A stretch of DNA of 24,000 bases from Pyrococcus abyssi GE5 (GTDB lineage Archaea; Methanobacteriota_B; Thermococci; Thermococcales; Thermococcaceae): assembly GCF_000195935.2 (NCBI RefSeq), contig NC_000868.1, forward strand, positions 1,437,742 to 1,461,741. The letters are read 5' to 3'. Positions 1 through 7,434 of this stretch are shown here, piece after piece. A program made the translations under genes and the position numbers. Numbering within the stretch: position 1 is the stretch's first letter; each line of letters opens with the position of its first letter. The notes below the pieces were generated by a model. The model was given only the letters and a program-made list of their open reading frames with translations. It did not search any database and had not been told where the DNA came from.

Positions 1-1234
1 ACGCTAGTGTTACCGCGCTTATGAATACAGCTAGAACCGCCCCAAAGGATAAAACCATGTCTCCAGAGTTGTAACCTGCAGTGTAGATTAGCCACTTTGA
101 AAGGAATCCATTGAAGGGAGGAACCCCAGAGATCGCCAGGGAAGCTAAGAGGGTTGCCAAGCCCGTCCACTTCATCCTCTCAGCAAGCCCTCCCAAGTTG
201 TCGAGGTTCGTCTCTCCTGTTGCGTATTCGACGGAACCTGCAGAGAGGAAGAGAGATCCCTTGAAGAGGGAGTGATTTAGAGCATGGAAGATCCCCGCGA
301 ACATTCCCAAAGCTCCCAGGGGAGAATCCAGGGAAAGTCCTATCCCAATGCCAAGCCATATGTAACCCATCTGACCGATGCTGTGGTAAGCCAGAAGCTT
401 CTTAGCATCGCTCTCCCTGAGGGCGTACAAGGTTCCGACCGTTAAAGTCACCGCTCCCAGCAGGGCAACTAGATAACCTATCGACTTGGGAGTTGGTAGG
501 GCTGTGTACATTATCCTAATTAAGCCAAAAACGGCAATCTTTTCCATAGCCCCAGCTAATAGCGAGGATATATTGCTTGGAGCTACTTTATATGTACTTG
601 GAACCCAGAAGTGGAATGGCACTATTCCAGATTTAGCCATAAACGCTATCAGAAAACTTGCGTAGAGTAGGAGCGTTGCCGAAGAAGGTAGTGATTTTAA
701 GTTAGGGTACGTCATTGCATCCAGGGAGCCCAGGAAGGAGTAGCTAACCCCTAGGGAAATGAAGAGGGGAAACGTCGTTAGGATATGCATGGCTATGTAG
801 TACTTAATTCCAGGATCGAAATCTTTCTCATCCCAGGTTATCAAGATGAAAGAGCTAAGGGTCATGAGCTCCCAGAAGAACACGAACCAAACTAAATTCG
901 AGGTTATCAAGATCAGGAACATCGATAGCAGGAAAGCGTTGTACGCTACAGCGTAGACCCATTCTTTTCCTGGGTGGCGTTCCATGTAGGGTATAGAGTA
1001 CAGCGAAGCTGAGAATCCCAGGATACCTAGAATGAGCATGAATATTAGGGAGAACCCATCTATGTAAACCGGCAACCCCAGGAGTTTCCCTTCAACTGGT
1101 TTGAGGTTAAATACGAGGGCCACAATTGAGAGGGAAGCCAACGCTGCGAACGCGCTTGAAACCTTAAATGCTTTCTTTGAAAGGCCACCCAGCATACCCA
1201 AGATGAAGAGTACTAAGGGTAGAGCTAGCTCCAT
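1..1234 (-). CDS. Polytopic membrane subunit of a formate hydrogenlyase-type (Mfh/Hyf/Mrp-like) complex, HycC/HyfB/NuoL-like; 3' end runs off the window
   Basis: Absent from the ORF track because it is open to the window edge. My translation of the minus strand from ATG at 1234 gives MELALPLVLFILGMLGGLSKKAFKV...VWFVFFWELMTLSSFILITW...LLAYHSIGQMGYIWLG. I checked the first ~70 codons base by base and read the rest by eye, seeing no stop. It is hydrophobic throughout and has the W-E-x-M-T-L-x-S signature of the NuoL/M/N-HycC family. A GGTGA RBS sits just after the stop of the upstream gene (5-nt gap). Confidence 0.75.
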   Translation of the reverse strand, partial: MELALPLVLFILGMLGGLSKKAFKVSSAFAALASLSIVALVFNLKPVEGKLLGLPVYIDGFSLIFMLILGILGFSASLYSIPYMERHPGKEWVYAVAYNAFLLSMFLILITSNLVWFVFFWELMTLSSFILITWDEKDFDPGIKYYIAMHILTTFPLFISLGVSYSFLGSLDAMTYPNLKSLPSSATLLLYASFLIAFMAKSGIVPFHFWVPSTYKVAPSNISSLLAGAMEKIAVFGLIRIMYTALPTPKSIGYLVALLGAVTLTVGTLYALRESDAKKLLAYHSIGQMGYIWLGIGIGLSLDSPLGALGMFAGIFHALNHSLFKGSLFLSAGSVEYATGETNLDNLGGLAERMKWTGLATLLASLAISGVPPFNGFLSKWLIYTAGYNSGDMVLSFGAVLAVFISAVTLA

Positions 1235-1239
1235 CCCCT

Positions 1240-2691
1240 TCACCTCACGAACCCTATGCCCGTTACGAAGCGGTAACTAATCAACGGAGCAACCACGCTC
1301 AAGATTATAAGGGCCAAGAGGACTGCCTTCATTAGTGGAGTTATTTCCTCCCTCTTCTCCGTTGGTTCTCCAAAGAGCATCGTCTTGAGCCAAAGCACTG
1401 AGACTATGAAGAAGACCGTAGCGTCTATCAGAACTAGCAACACCGGAATCCACGCTATGAATCCCTGGGATGCAAGCTTGGAGCTCATGACTATGTAGGC
1501 TTTGCTAAAGAATATCCCAAACGGGGGAGCTCCAGCCAAGCCGAGTAAAGCCAAGAACCATCCAACCGCAACAACTGGCATGCTCCACCTTATTCCCCTA
1601 ATCTTCTCCATATCCAATGTACCAAAGGAATACGCAAAGGTTCCTGCGGAGAGGAATGCCAATCCCTTAACGAAAGCGTGATTGAAAAGCTGGAACATGG
1701 AAGCTTGAATACCCTCAGCGTTTCCAAGAAGGGCGTAGAGCAAACCCACGTACATGATTCCAGCCTCTGATATTGTAGAGTAAGCTAAGAGTCTCTTAGC
1801 GTCCCTCTGGAGTGGATAGTAGATTATCGCCAAGACTTGGGTTATCGCAAGTAGCGTTAGCATCACGTAAAACGCTTCCTGGGGTATGGGAGACATGAAC
1901 TGAATTATCCTAGCTAAGAGGTAGACCCCCATCTCTATCATCGCCGCTCCGTGGAGGAACGCTGAAGCAGGGGTTGGGGCTTCCATGGCATCTGGGAGCC
2001 AGGAGTAGAATGGAAATTGGGCGCTCTTTGTGAAAGCGGCTATCATGACGCCTAAGAAGAGTACCAGCTTTAGGTGGGCATCCAAACCTTGAAGGGAATA
2101 TAAGCTAAGGTCGTGAAGCTTCGTAATGGAAATCGAGAGGGCCGTGTATAAACCAACAACGGCACCGAAGTTTGGAATTATGAAAGCCTTGTAAGCTGCT
2201 CTTACAGCACTCTCGGTTCCGTAATAACTCACGACTCCCCAACAGGCTAGACTCATGAGCTCAAAGAATACCAGGAGCTGGAGAAGGGTTGAGGAGTATA
2301 TAAAACCGAGGGTGGAACCCAGGAATATGAGCATCCAGGCGTAAAACCTCCCCTTGTCCTTATGAACTGGGTGTGTAGAATTCCTTGGGGACATGTAGTC
2401 AATGCTGTACAGGAGGAACAGGAAACCAGCTAGAGCGACAACGAAGCCTATTAAAACGCTCATCGGGTCAACTATAATCCCGTAGACCTCTCCGAGGGTT
2501 GGGGTTCTAAGGTAGGTAACGTGGTAACTCCCTTCGCTAAGGAACTCCAACATTCCAAAGGAAACGAGGAGGAGGGATGATAGCGAGGTTAGAACCATTA
2601 ACCAATCTGCAACCTTCCCATCCAGCTTGAACATCACGATACCCACGATTATCGGGATCAAAGATGAAAGAAGGAAAAGCTCTGGAGTCAT
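1240..2691 (-). CDS. NuoL/M/N-MnhD family proton-conducting membrane subunit (formate hydrogenlyase / Mrp-like module)
   Basis: Track ORF 1240..2700. About 14 hydrophobic segments, motifs FFELMSLACWG and LLAYSTISEAGIMYVG typical of PF00361-type antiporter-like subunits. The track start at 2700 is GTG. ATG at 2691 is preceded by GAGGTGA (2697-2703) at 5-nt spacing, so I prefer 2691. Confidence 0.85.
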   Translation of the reverse strand: MTPELFLLSSLIPIIVGIVMFKLDGKVADWLMVLTSLSSLLLVSFGMLEFLSEGSYHVTYLRTPTLGEVYGIIVDPMSVLIGFVVALAGFLFLLYSIDYMSPRNSTHPVHKDKGRFYAWMLIFLGSTLGFIYSSTLLQLLVFFELMSLACWGVVSYYGTESAVRAAYKAFIIPNFGAVVGLYTALSISITKLHDLSLYSLQGLDAHLKLVLFLGVMIAAFTKSAQFPFYSWLPDAMEAPTPASAFLHGAAMIEMGVYLLARIIQFMSPIPQEAFYVMLTLLAITQVLAIIYYPLQRDAKRLLAYSTISEAGIMYVGLLYALLGNAEGIQASMFQLFNHAFVKGLAFLSAGTFAYSFGTLDMEKIRGIRWSMPVVAVGWFLALLGLAGAPPFGIFFSKAYIVMSSKLASQGFIAWIPVLLVLIDATVFFIVSVLWLKTMLFGEPTEKREEITPLMKAVLLALIILSVVAPLISYRFVTGIGFVR

Positions 2692-2712
2692 GGGTTTCAC
2701 CTCTGTGGAGAA

Positions 2713-3207
2713 TCAGAGGAGGTAAGCTAGCTTACCTACACTCTTATCCCTGGCTTCCTTTAGGTTCAGCACTACCCTACCTTCCCTCTTCCAGAGTATC
2801 TCGTTTATGTCCCCGTACTTCAACGCATCGGTGGGACAGGCTGAGACACATGCTGGAAGCTTGCCTTGAGCTCTTCTATCGGCGCAGAGGTCGCACTTGT
2901 CCATTATCTTATTGGCCTCATCGAGCTTTGGAACTCCGAAGGGACAGGCAACTGCACACATTAAACAGCCAATGCACTTTAGGGGGTCGAAGGCCACAGC
3001 GTTATCACAATCTCTGTATAGGGCTCCGGTTGGACACACCTCTAGGCAAGGTGCTCTCTCGCAGTGACGACAGTTGAAGGGGATGCTCGTTAAATCGGGG
3101 AACTCGAAAACCCTTATCCTGGCTTCACCGTGCTCCATCTCGCAGGCTACCTCACAAGCTTTACAAGCGATGCACCTCCTATAGTCGAGGAATATCTTCT
3201 TGCTCAT
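2713..3207 (-). CDS. 4x[4Fe-4S] ferredoxin-type electron-transfer subunit (HycB/FdhB-like)
   Basis: Four Cys clusters are visible: CIACKACEVAC, CRHCERAPCLEVCP, CIGCLMCAVACP, CDLCADR...CVSACP. A GGGGGGAG RBS precedes the ATG. It lies 12 nt downstream of the fdhA stop. Confidence 0.9.
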   Translation of the reverse strand: MSKKIFLDYRRCIACKACEVACEMEHGEARIRVFEFPDLTSIPFNCRHCERAPCLEVCPTGALYRDCDNAVAFDPLKCIGCLMCAVACPFGVPKLDEANKIMDKCDLCADRRAQGKLPACVSACPTDALKYGDINEILWKREGRVVLNLKEARDKSVGKLAYLL

Positions 3208-3219
3208 TCAACTCCCCCC

Positions 3220-5280
3220 TCAACCTTCAACCTTAGAAATCCTACATGCAGCTGTTTTCAGCTCGGGCATCTTAGAGAACTCGTCAATTGCATCGTCCTT
3301 CGTTAGGTAGTTGAAGCCCCAGTGCCACGGCATCGCAACTACGCCTTCCCTTATGTTCTCCGTGACCTCGGCCCTAGCTACGAGAGAACCTCTCCTCGTC
3401 TCGACCCTAACCAGGTCCCCGCTCCTTATTCCAAGTCTCTTGGCATCTCTTTCGTTTATCATCACATAAGGCCCAGGCCACCTCTTCTTCAGGCTCTTAG
3501 TCCTGTTGCTCATCGTTCCCGTGTGGAATTGGCCAACCAACCTGAAGTTCGTGAGCCAGAAGGGATACTCCTCATCTGGAACTTCTCCTGGAGGCTTCCA
3601 CTCAACTGGAATTAGCTCGGCCTTTCCGCTCTTGGTTGGGAATCCCTTGAGGAACAACCTCGGGGTCTCGGTGTTCTCGTCGGGACATGGATACATGCAA
3701 CCCTCAAGGTTCTTTGCAAGCCTCTCCGGTGTCGCTCCCTTAAGAGCCGGAATGACGTTGTTTATTTCCCTGAGAACATCGTCAACGCTCGAGTAGTTGA
3801 AGTACTCACCAAGTCCAATGGATTTTGCCAACATAACAATTATCTCCCAATCAGGCTTAGCCTCCCCTGGGGGCTTAACCGCCTGGAAGCTCCTCATAAC
3901 CCTCCTGTTCTGAGTTATAACGGTTCCAGTCTTTTCGTACCATGCGGCTGCAGGGAGAACTATGTCAGCGTACTTCGTCGTTTCCGTTGGGAATATATCG
4001 GCAACTACCACGAAAGCCCTCTTTAGTGCCTCCTCTATCTTAGATGAATTGGCTAGGGATCTGGCCGGGTTCTGGCCCATTATGTAAATACCCTTGATCT
4101 TCCCCTCAAGCATGGCATCGAATATTGCCTGGTAATGCAAACCGGGCTTAGATGGAACCTCGAATCCCCAAAGCTCGCTGAACTTTTTAGCGGTCTCCTC
4201 GTTGAGGGGAACAGGTCCTGGGAGTTGAGCACAGTTCACCCCGGGAACAGCTGCACATAGACCACAGTGGGCCCCAGGGATTACCCCAGAGAACACGCCT
4301 TCCTTCCCTATGTTCCCAGTGATCGCTATTAAATTGCTAATGGCCATTGCTGTTATCGAACCATTGGCATGCTGGTTTATTCCCTCGTTAAGAACTACAG
4401 TTGCGTTTCCACCAGTTGCAAAGAGAACCGCAGCTTCGTGAATTAAGCTCGCCGGAACTCCGCTAATCTTCTCCGCCCACTCCGGGGTGTACTTCTCAAC
4501 GGCCCTAGCCAGGGCATCGAAGTTGTTAACCCTCTCCGCAACGAAATCCTTGTCGTAGAGCTCTTCCTTGATTATGACGTGGAGCATTGCTAAAGCTATT
4601 GCCAAATCTGTTCCTGGGTAGGGTTGTAGGTGAATGTGAGCGTACTTTGCGGTTTCTGTCTTTACTGGATCCACAACGATTAGCTTAGCACCGTTGTCAA
4701 GGATTGCCTTCTCAAAGTACTGACCAAAGAGAACCGGATTGGTGGCTGCAGGGTTGTACCCCCAGATCAGGATTACCTTAGACTTTACTATGTCATCGAA
4801 AGGATTCGTCTGGGCTGGACCTCCGAAGATCTTACTTCTAGCAACGAAGTTAGATGATTGACAGAGCCTACCTGCGAATTCAACGTTGTTAGTTCCCAAG
4901 GCTCTAGCGAGCTTTTGGAGGAGGTAGTTATCTTCAAGGGAACAGCGCTCGCTACCCAGGAACGCTAAGGCCTCTGGGCCGTGACTTTCCAATATCTCCT
5001 TGAATTTCTTTGCGATTATCTCTATGGCCTCTTCCCAACTTATCTCCTCGAACTTTCCCTCTCCTTTCTCGCCAACTCGCTTGAGGGGCTTCTTTAGCCT
5101 ATCGGGATGAACGTAGTGCTGATAAGATGAGACACCCTTGGGGCATAATTTTCCCTTGTTGGGAGTTTTTGGGTTATAATCGAACTCTATCTTCCTAGGA
5201 TAACCGTCAACGCTTACTATGTACAACCTACACCCGACGGAGCACCAGGGGCATACAACGGGAATTAACTTCTCTGCCAT
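3220..5280 (-). CDS. fdhA: Molybdopterin/tungstopterin oxidoreductase, formate dehydrogenase alpha subunit (Cys-type, cytoplasmic)
   Basis: 686 aa. N-terminal [4Fe-4S] motif CPWCSVGCRL...C(x)PKG. The segment NNVEFAGRLCQSSNFVARS aligns by eye with the E. coli FdhH active site NNVDCCARVUHGPSVAGL, placing Cys140 (TGT, 4861-4863) at the Sec position. No twin-arginine signal. Context is ferredoxin plus antiporter-like subunits, as in the Thermococcus fdh-mfh-mnh clusters. Confidence 0.8.
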   Translation of the reverse strand: MAEKLIPVVCPWCSVGCRLYIVSVDGYPRKIEFDYNPKTPNKGKLCPKGVSSYQHYVHPDRLKKPLKRVGEKGEGKFEEISWEEAIEIIAKKFKEILESHGPEALAFLGSERCSLEDNYLLQKLARALGTNNVEFAGRLCQSSNFVARSKIFGGPAQTNPFDDIVKSKVILIWGYNPAATNPVLFGQYFEKAILDNGAKLIVVDPVKTETAKYAHIHLQPYPGTDLAIALAMLHVIIKEELYDKDFVAERVNNFDALARAVEKYTPEWAEKISGVPASLIHEAAVLFATGGNATVVLNEGINQHANGSITAMAISNLIAITGNIGKEGVFSGVIPGAHCGLCAAVPGVNCAQLPGPVPLNEETAKKFSELWGFEVPSKPGLHYQAIFDAMLEGKIKGIYIMGQNPARSLANSSKIEEALKRAFVVVADIFPTETTKYADIVLPAAAWYEKTGTVITQNRRVMRSFQAVKPPGEAKPDWEIIVMLAKSIGLGEYFNYSSVDDVLREINNVIPALKGATPERLAKNLEGCMYPCPDENTETPRLFLKGFPTKSGKAELIPVEWKPPGEVPDEEYPFWLTNFRLVGQFHTGTMSNRTKSLKKRWPGPYVMINERDAKRLGIRSGDLVRVETRRGSLVARAEVTENIREGVVAMPWHWGFNYLTKDDAIDEFSKMPELKTAACRISKVEG

Positions 5281-5300
5281 CCTGGGTCACCCATTGGAGT

Positions 5301-5318
5301 TATGACTGACCAGTCATA
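5301..5318. promoter_or_regulatory. Perfect palindrome TATGACTG-AC-CAGTCATA (core ATGAC-N6-GTCAT) between the candidate fdhA TATA box and the fdhA start codon; candidate operator
   Basis: Read directly. 8-bp arms, 2-bp spacer, 21-38 nt upstream of the fdhA ATG (5280), about where a TSS is expected from the TATA-like box at 5342-5349. Confidence 0.4.
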
Positions 5319-5341
5319 CACCTAAGAATGAGAACTTGAAA

Positions 5342-5366
5342 CTTAAATACTTTGTGCAATATTTAA
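5342..5366 (-). promoter_or_regulatory. Candidate TATA/BRE region for the fdhA operon
   Basis: Minus-strand TATTTAAG (5342-5349) and TTAAATAT (5359-5366) sit in an AT-rich stretch 60-85 nt upstream of the fdhA ATG. GGTGA RBS at 5286-5290. No TSS data, so the exact box is uncertain. Confidence 0.3.
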
Positions 5367-5405
5367 CCTAAGGTGATAATCAAAATAGGGAAATGATGTT
5401 ATTTG

Positions 5406-5421
5406 ATGACCATTTGGTCAT
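5406..5421. promoter_or_regulatory. Second palindrome ATGACCA-TT-TGGTCAT with the same ATGAC-N6-GTCAT core
   Basis: Read directly. 7-bp arms. It lies about 90-105 bp from the first copy, upstream of the candidate fdhA TATA boxes. Confidence 0.35.
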
Positions 5422-5570
5422 AACGCTTTGAATTATTTTACCTTAACTTTCTCAATCCTTAAGATATGAGGCGTAATTTCACCAATACGGGAAAACAATA
5501 TCCAGAAAATTGAGGATTTGCATTCCTCCAAACATTAAAATGAGGAGTTCCAAAACATTAAGTTACCCAA

Positions 5571-5580
5571 AATATTAATA
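5571..5580 (+). promoter_or_regulatory. Candidate TATA box for the wHTH-membrane protein gene
   Basis: AATATTAATA lies 40 nt upstream of ATG 5620. The predicted leader would contain the GGTGA RBS at 5610-5614. Confidence 0.35.
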
Positions 5581-5619
5581 AGCATCCAAAGCACAATTTA
5601 ATTAAATTTGGTGAGCAAA

Positions 5620-6066
5620 ATGGTAAACCTCTCAATGTTCTCAACCCAATCTTCAACTATTCTTGGAAACGATAGAAGATTAATGGTCATCGAATACTTG
5701 AAGAGTCATAGCGGAGAGGCCGAGATAAGCGAGCTCGTGGATTACATATGCAAAAGCGAGGGAAACGAAAGAAGAAGGCACAGAAAAAGCGTTTATGTTA
5801 GCTTAGTTCAAACACATCTCCCAAGGCTTCAAAGGGAAGGCATCGTAAATGTGAAGAGGAGTAGGGTGTACCTGCTCGATGTTCCCTCCGAGGTTCATGC
5901 TTTCATAACGATAAAGAACGCGAAGAGGAATATGTGGCCGATAGTCTACCTGATTTTCTCGGCCGTTGCATTGTCTACATCGCTGTTAATAGCGAGCTCC
6001 GAGGGAGTGATATTCTCTTTGTTCCTACTCGCATTGGCTGTACTCCATTGGGTGCTAACTAGCTAA
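5620..6066 (+). CDS. Membrane-anchored winged-helix (ArsR-like, DUF7344-like) putative transcription regulator
   Basis: The track ORF starts at TTG 5608. ATG 5620 follows GGTGA at 5-nt spacing. The N-terminal ~95 aa (ILGNDRRLMVIEYLKSHSGEAEISELVDYI...RKSVYVSLVQTHLPRLQREGIVNVKRSRVYL) match, from memory, the pattern of archaeal wHTH proteins with the 'sLyqtHLPkL' recognition region. The C-terminal ~50 aa form two hydrophobic helices. Confidence 0.7.
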   Translation: MVNLSMFSTQSSTILGNDRRLMVIEYLKSHSGEAEISELVDYICKSEGNERRRHRKSVYVSLVQTHLPRLQREGIVNVKRSRVYLLDVPSEVHAFITIKNAKRNMWPIVYLIFSAVALSTSLLIASSEGVIFSLFLLALAVLHWVLTS

Positions 6067-6100
6067 TTCTCCTTCAGAATTATAGTTTTACGTTCCCTAA

Positions 6101-6110
6101 CTTTTATTTT
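6101..6110 (+). terminator. Oligo-T tract (CTTTTATTTT) downstream of the wHTH gene
   Basis: Archaeal terminators are typically T-runs. This one is 35-44 nt after the stop at 6064-6066. Confidence 0.3.
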
Positions 6111-6143
6111 AGAAAAACTGAGCTCCAACTCTATCCCTCTAAT

Positions 6144-6164
6144 ATGGTAATCAGGGGTTACCAT
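6144..6164. promoter_or_regulatory. Palindrome ATGGTAA-N7-TTACCAT upstream of the secreted-protein operon promoter
   Basis: Read directly. 7-bp perfect arms, about 20 bp upstream of the TATA-like CTATATAC. Confidence 0.3.
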
Positions 6165-6183
6165 CATGGAAAGCTGAAACTAC

Positions 6184-6191
6184 CTATATAC
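6184..6191 (+). promoter_or_regulatory. Candidate TATA box (CTATATAC) of the TasA-like operon
   Basis: Preceded by purine-rich GAAACTAC. The expected TSS is near 6215, which argues against the track's TTG start at 6212. Confidence 0.4.
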
Positions 6192-6247
6192 AACTTCAAC
6201 TCTACTCTTGGTTGAGCCCTCACATGGGGGGCTCAGTTGACCAGGAG

Positions 6248-6853
6248 ATGGAAAAAGTGAATAGATATCTACTTGCCATATTTGGCCTTGTGGCCACATT
6301 TGGTCTCGTACTTGGAGTCGGGGCCAATTTTAGGGACTACAACGCAAGCAGGAGCGTCCACTGGGACATAGTTGCCGACGACTCGGAGCTAATTGACTTG
6401 ACTCCGATTCAGAACTACTCGTACATAGATGAAAACGGAAAGCTCGTGATAGACTTTTCACCCGGTAACCCCAACTATCCAGGCTATGGAAACGGGGTAA
6501 GTCCAAGTAGTGAGTACAACTTCGACGAGGTATTCGGAGTTAGTAACCACCTATGGGAGAACCTTCCTATAGTGGTTGAGATAAACTCCACAAACTCACA
6601 CATAGAGCTTTACGGGGCAGATGGAAACGTGTACTCAGCCTATGACGGAAACTTGGCTAGTGCAAGCGACTCAGCAAGGGACTGGGTTTGCTTTGTAGTT
6701 CAGCCCGAAGACATGGTTAAGGTAGGAATGGACCTTTCAGCAAACGGCGACTCACCTGGAGACACCTGGACTGGAAGTTTGAAGATCAGGGCCTACAGGC
6801 TTGGCACCGAGCCTGCTTACCTAGTGGGCAAGTGCGGGCAGGGGCCTATTTGA
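6248..6853 (+). CDS. Secreted TasA/AbpA-like (DUF1102-like) putative fibre subunit, paralog 1
   Basis: The N-terminal hydrophobic segment ends in VGA|NFRDYNASRS. The protein is roughly 60% identical by eye to the next ORF over about 65 residues (DDSELIDLTP..NGKL...YPGYG.G.S..S.Y.F.E.F.VSN.LWEN). Start is ambiguous: ATG 6248, or GTG 6257 (AGGAG RBS 9 nt upstream), which gives MNRYLL parallel to MNKLF of paralog 2. Family assignment is from remembered sequence patterns, not a search. Confidence 0.75.
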   Translation: MEKVNRYLLAIFGLVATFGLVLGVGANFRDYNASRSVHWDIVADDSELIDLTPIQNYSYIDENGKLVIDFSPGNPNYPGYGNGVSPSSEYNFDEVFGVSNHLWENLPIVVEINSTNSHIELYGADGNVYSAYDGNLASASDSARDWVCFVVQPEDMVKVGMDLSANGDSPGDTWTGSLKIRAYRLGTEPAYLVGKCGQGPI

Positions 6854-6867
6854 AGGAGGTATGAGAA

Positions 6868-7395
6868 ATGAATAAGTTGTTTGGAATTGCCCTGTTCCTT
6901 GCAGGGCTTATGTTGGCGGTTGGCGCTGGAGCCAACTTTAGGTACTTCGAGGCAGATAGGGACATGACAGTCGCGATAGTAAGCGACGATAGTGAGTTAA
7001 TAGACTTAACCCCAGTACAGCCTTACGTATACCTAAACAACGGAAAATTGACAGTTGAGATATCGTCCGGACACCCTGAGTATCCAGGATACGGCGATGG
7101 ACTTAGCACAGACAGCCTGTACGTCTTTGAAGAGATGTTTAACGTAAGCAACGAGCTTTGGGAGAACGCCGGCCAGGACTACCCGATATGTGTCACCATA
7201 AAGGCACAATTACCAGTAAAAGTATTCGCCGGAACTTACGACAGCCCGATAGCGGGACCCGACGATACTATCAGCTTTACAGTGTACCACGGCCAGCCCG
7301 TTCCAGTTGGAATGATCTTTGACAACACCGGACTAGACCTAGGAGGGCACCAGATACAGCTAGACATAAGCGCTGTTGCCGGTGAGTGCGAGTGA
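6868..7395 (+). CDS. Secreted TasA/AbpA-like (DUF1102-like) putative fibre subunit, paralog 2
   Basis: GGAGGT RBS 7 nt upstream of the ATG. The signal-like N-terminus MNKLFGIALFLAGLMLAVGAGA|NFRYFEADRDMTVAIVSDDSELIDL resembles the 'GAF..v.AeRtvsv..adD...L.L' N-termini I recall for haloarchaeal TasA-like/DUF1102 proteins and the bacterial SipW-cognate signal class. Confidence 0.8.
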   Translation: MNKLFGIALFLAGLMLAVGAGANFRYFEADRDMTVAIVSDDSELIDLTPVQPYVYLNNGKLTVEISSGHPEYPGYGDGLSTDSLYVFEEMFNVSNELWENAGQDYPICVTIKAQLPVKVFAGTYDSPIAGPDDTISFTVYHGQPVPVGMIFDNTGLDLGGHQIQLDISAVAGECE

Positions 7396-7422
7396 AGGGG
7401 CTTCGGCTCCTTTTCAGCTTTT
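7395..7422 (+). terminator. Hairpin with TTCG loop followed by two T4 tracts, immediately after the paralog 2 stop
   Basis: AAGGGGC-TTCG-GCTCCTT forms a 7-bp stem with one G-U pair, followed by TTTTCAGCTTTT. It sits between the structural genes and the peptidase gene. Confidence 0.4.
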
Positions 7423-7434
7423 AGGTGACGAAAG

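Noticed and set aside
2664-3796. Plus-strand track ORFs 2664..3077, 3322..3615 and 3506..3796
   Set aside because: They lie entirely antisense within the ferredoxin and fdhA genes, whose products have clear family motifs. They are Arg/Ser/Pro/Leu-rich shadow translations with no RBS or promoter context.
4861-4863. Possible selenocysteine (TGA recoding) in FdhA
   Set aside because: The codon aligned with FdhH Sec140 is TGT (Cys) and the ORF has no internal TGA. No SECIS-type interpretation is needed.
5281-5619. Known Thermococcales operators (TGM TATCAC-N5-GTGATA, SurR GTT-N3-AAC), or a tRNA or small RNA, in the 339-bp fdhA/wHTH intergenic region
   Set aside because: By eye I found no exact TGM or SurR consensus. 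The nearest is GTTCCAAAAC near 5548, which does not fit GTT-N3-AAC. The region is AT-rich without the GC-rich stems expected for a hyperthermophile tRNA or structured RNA. Its short ATG-initiated frames (12-15 codons) have no RBS.
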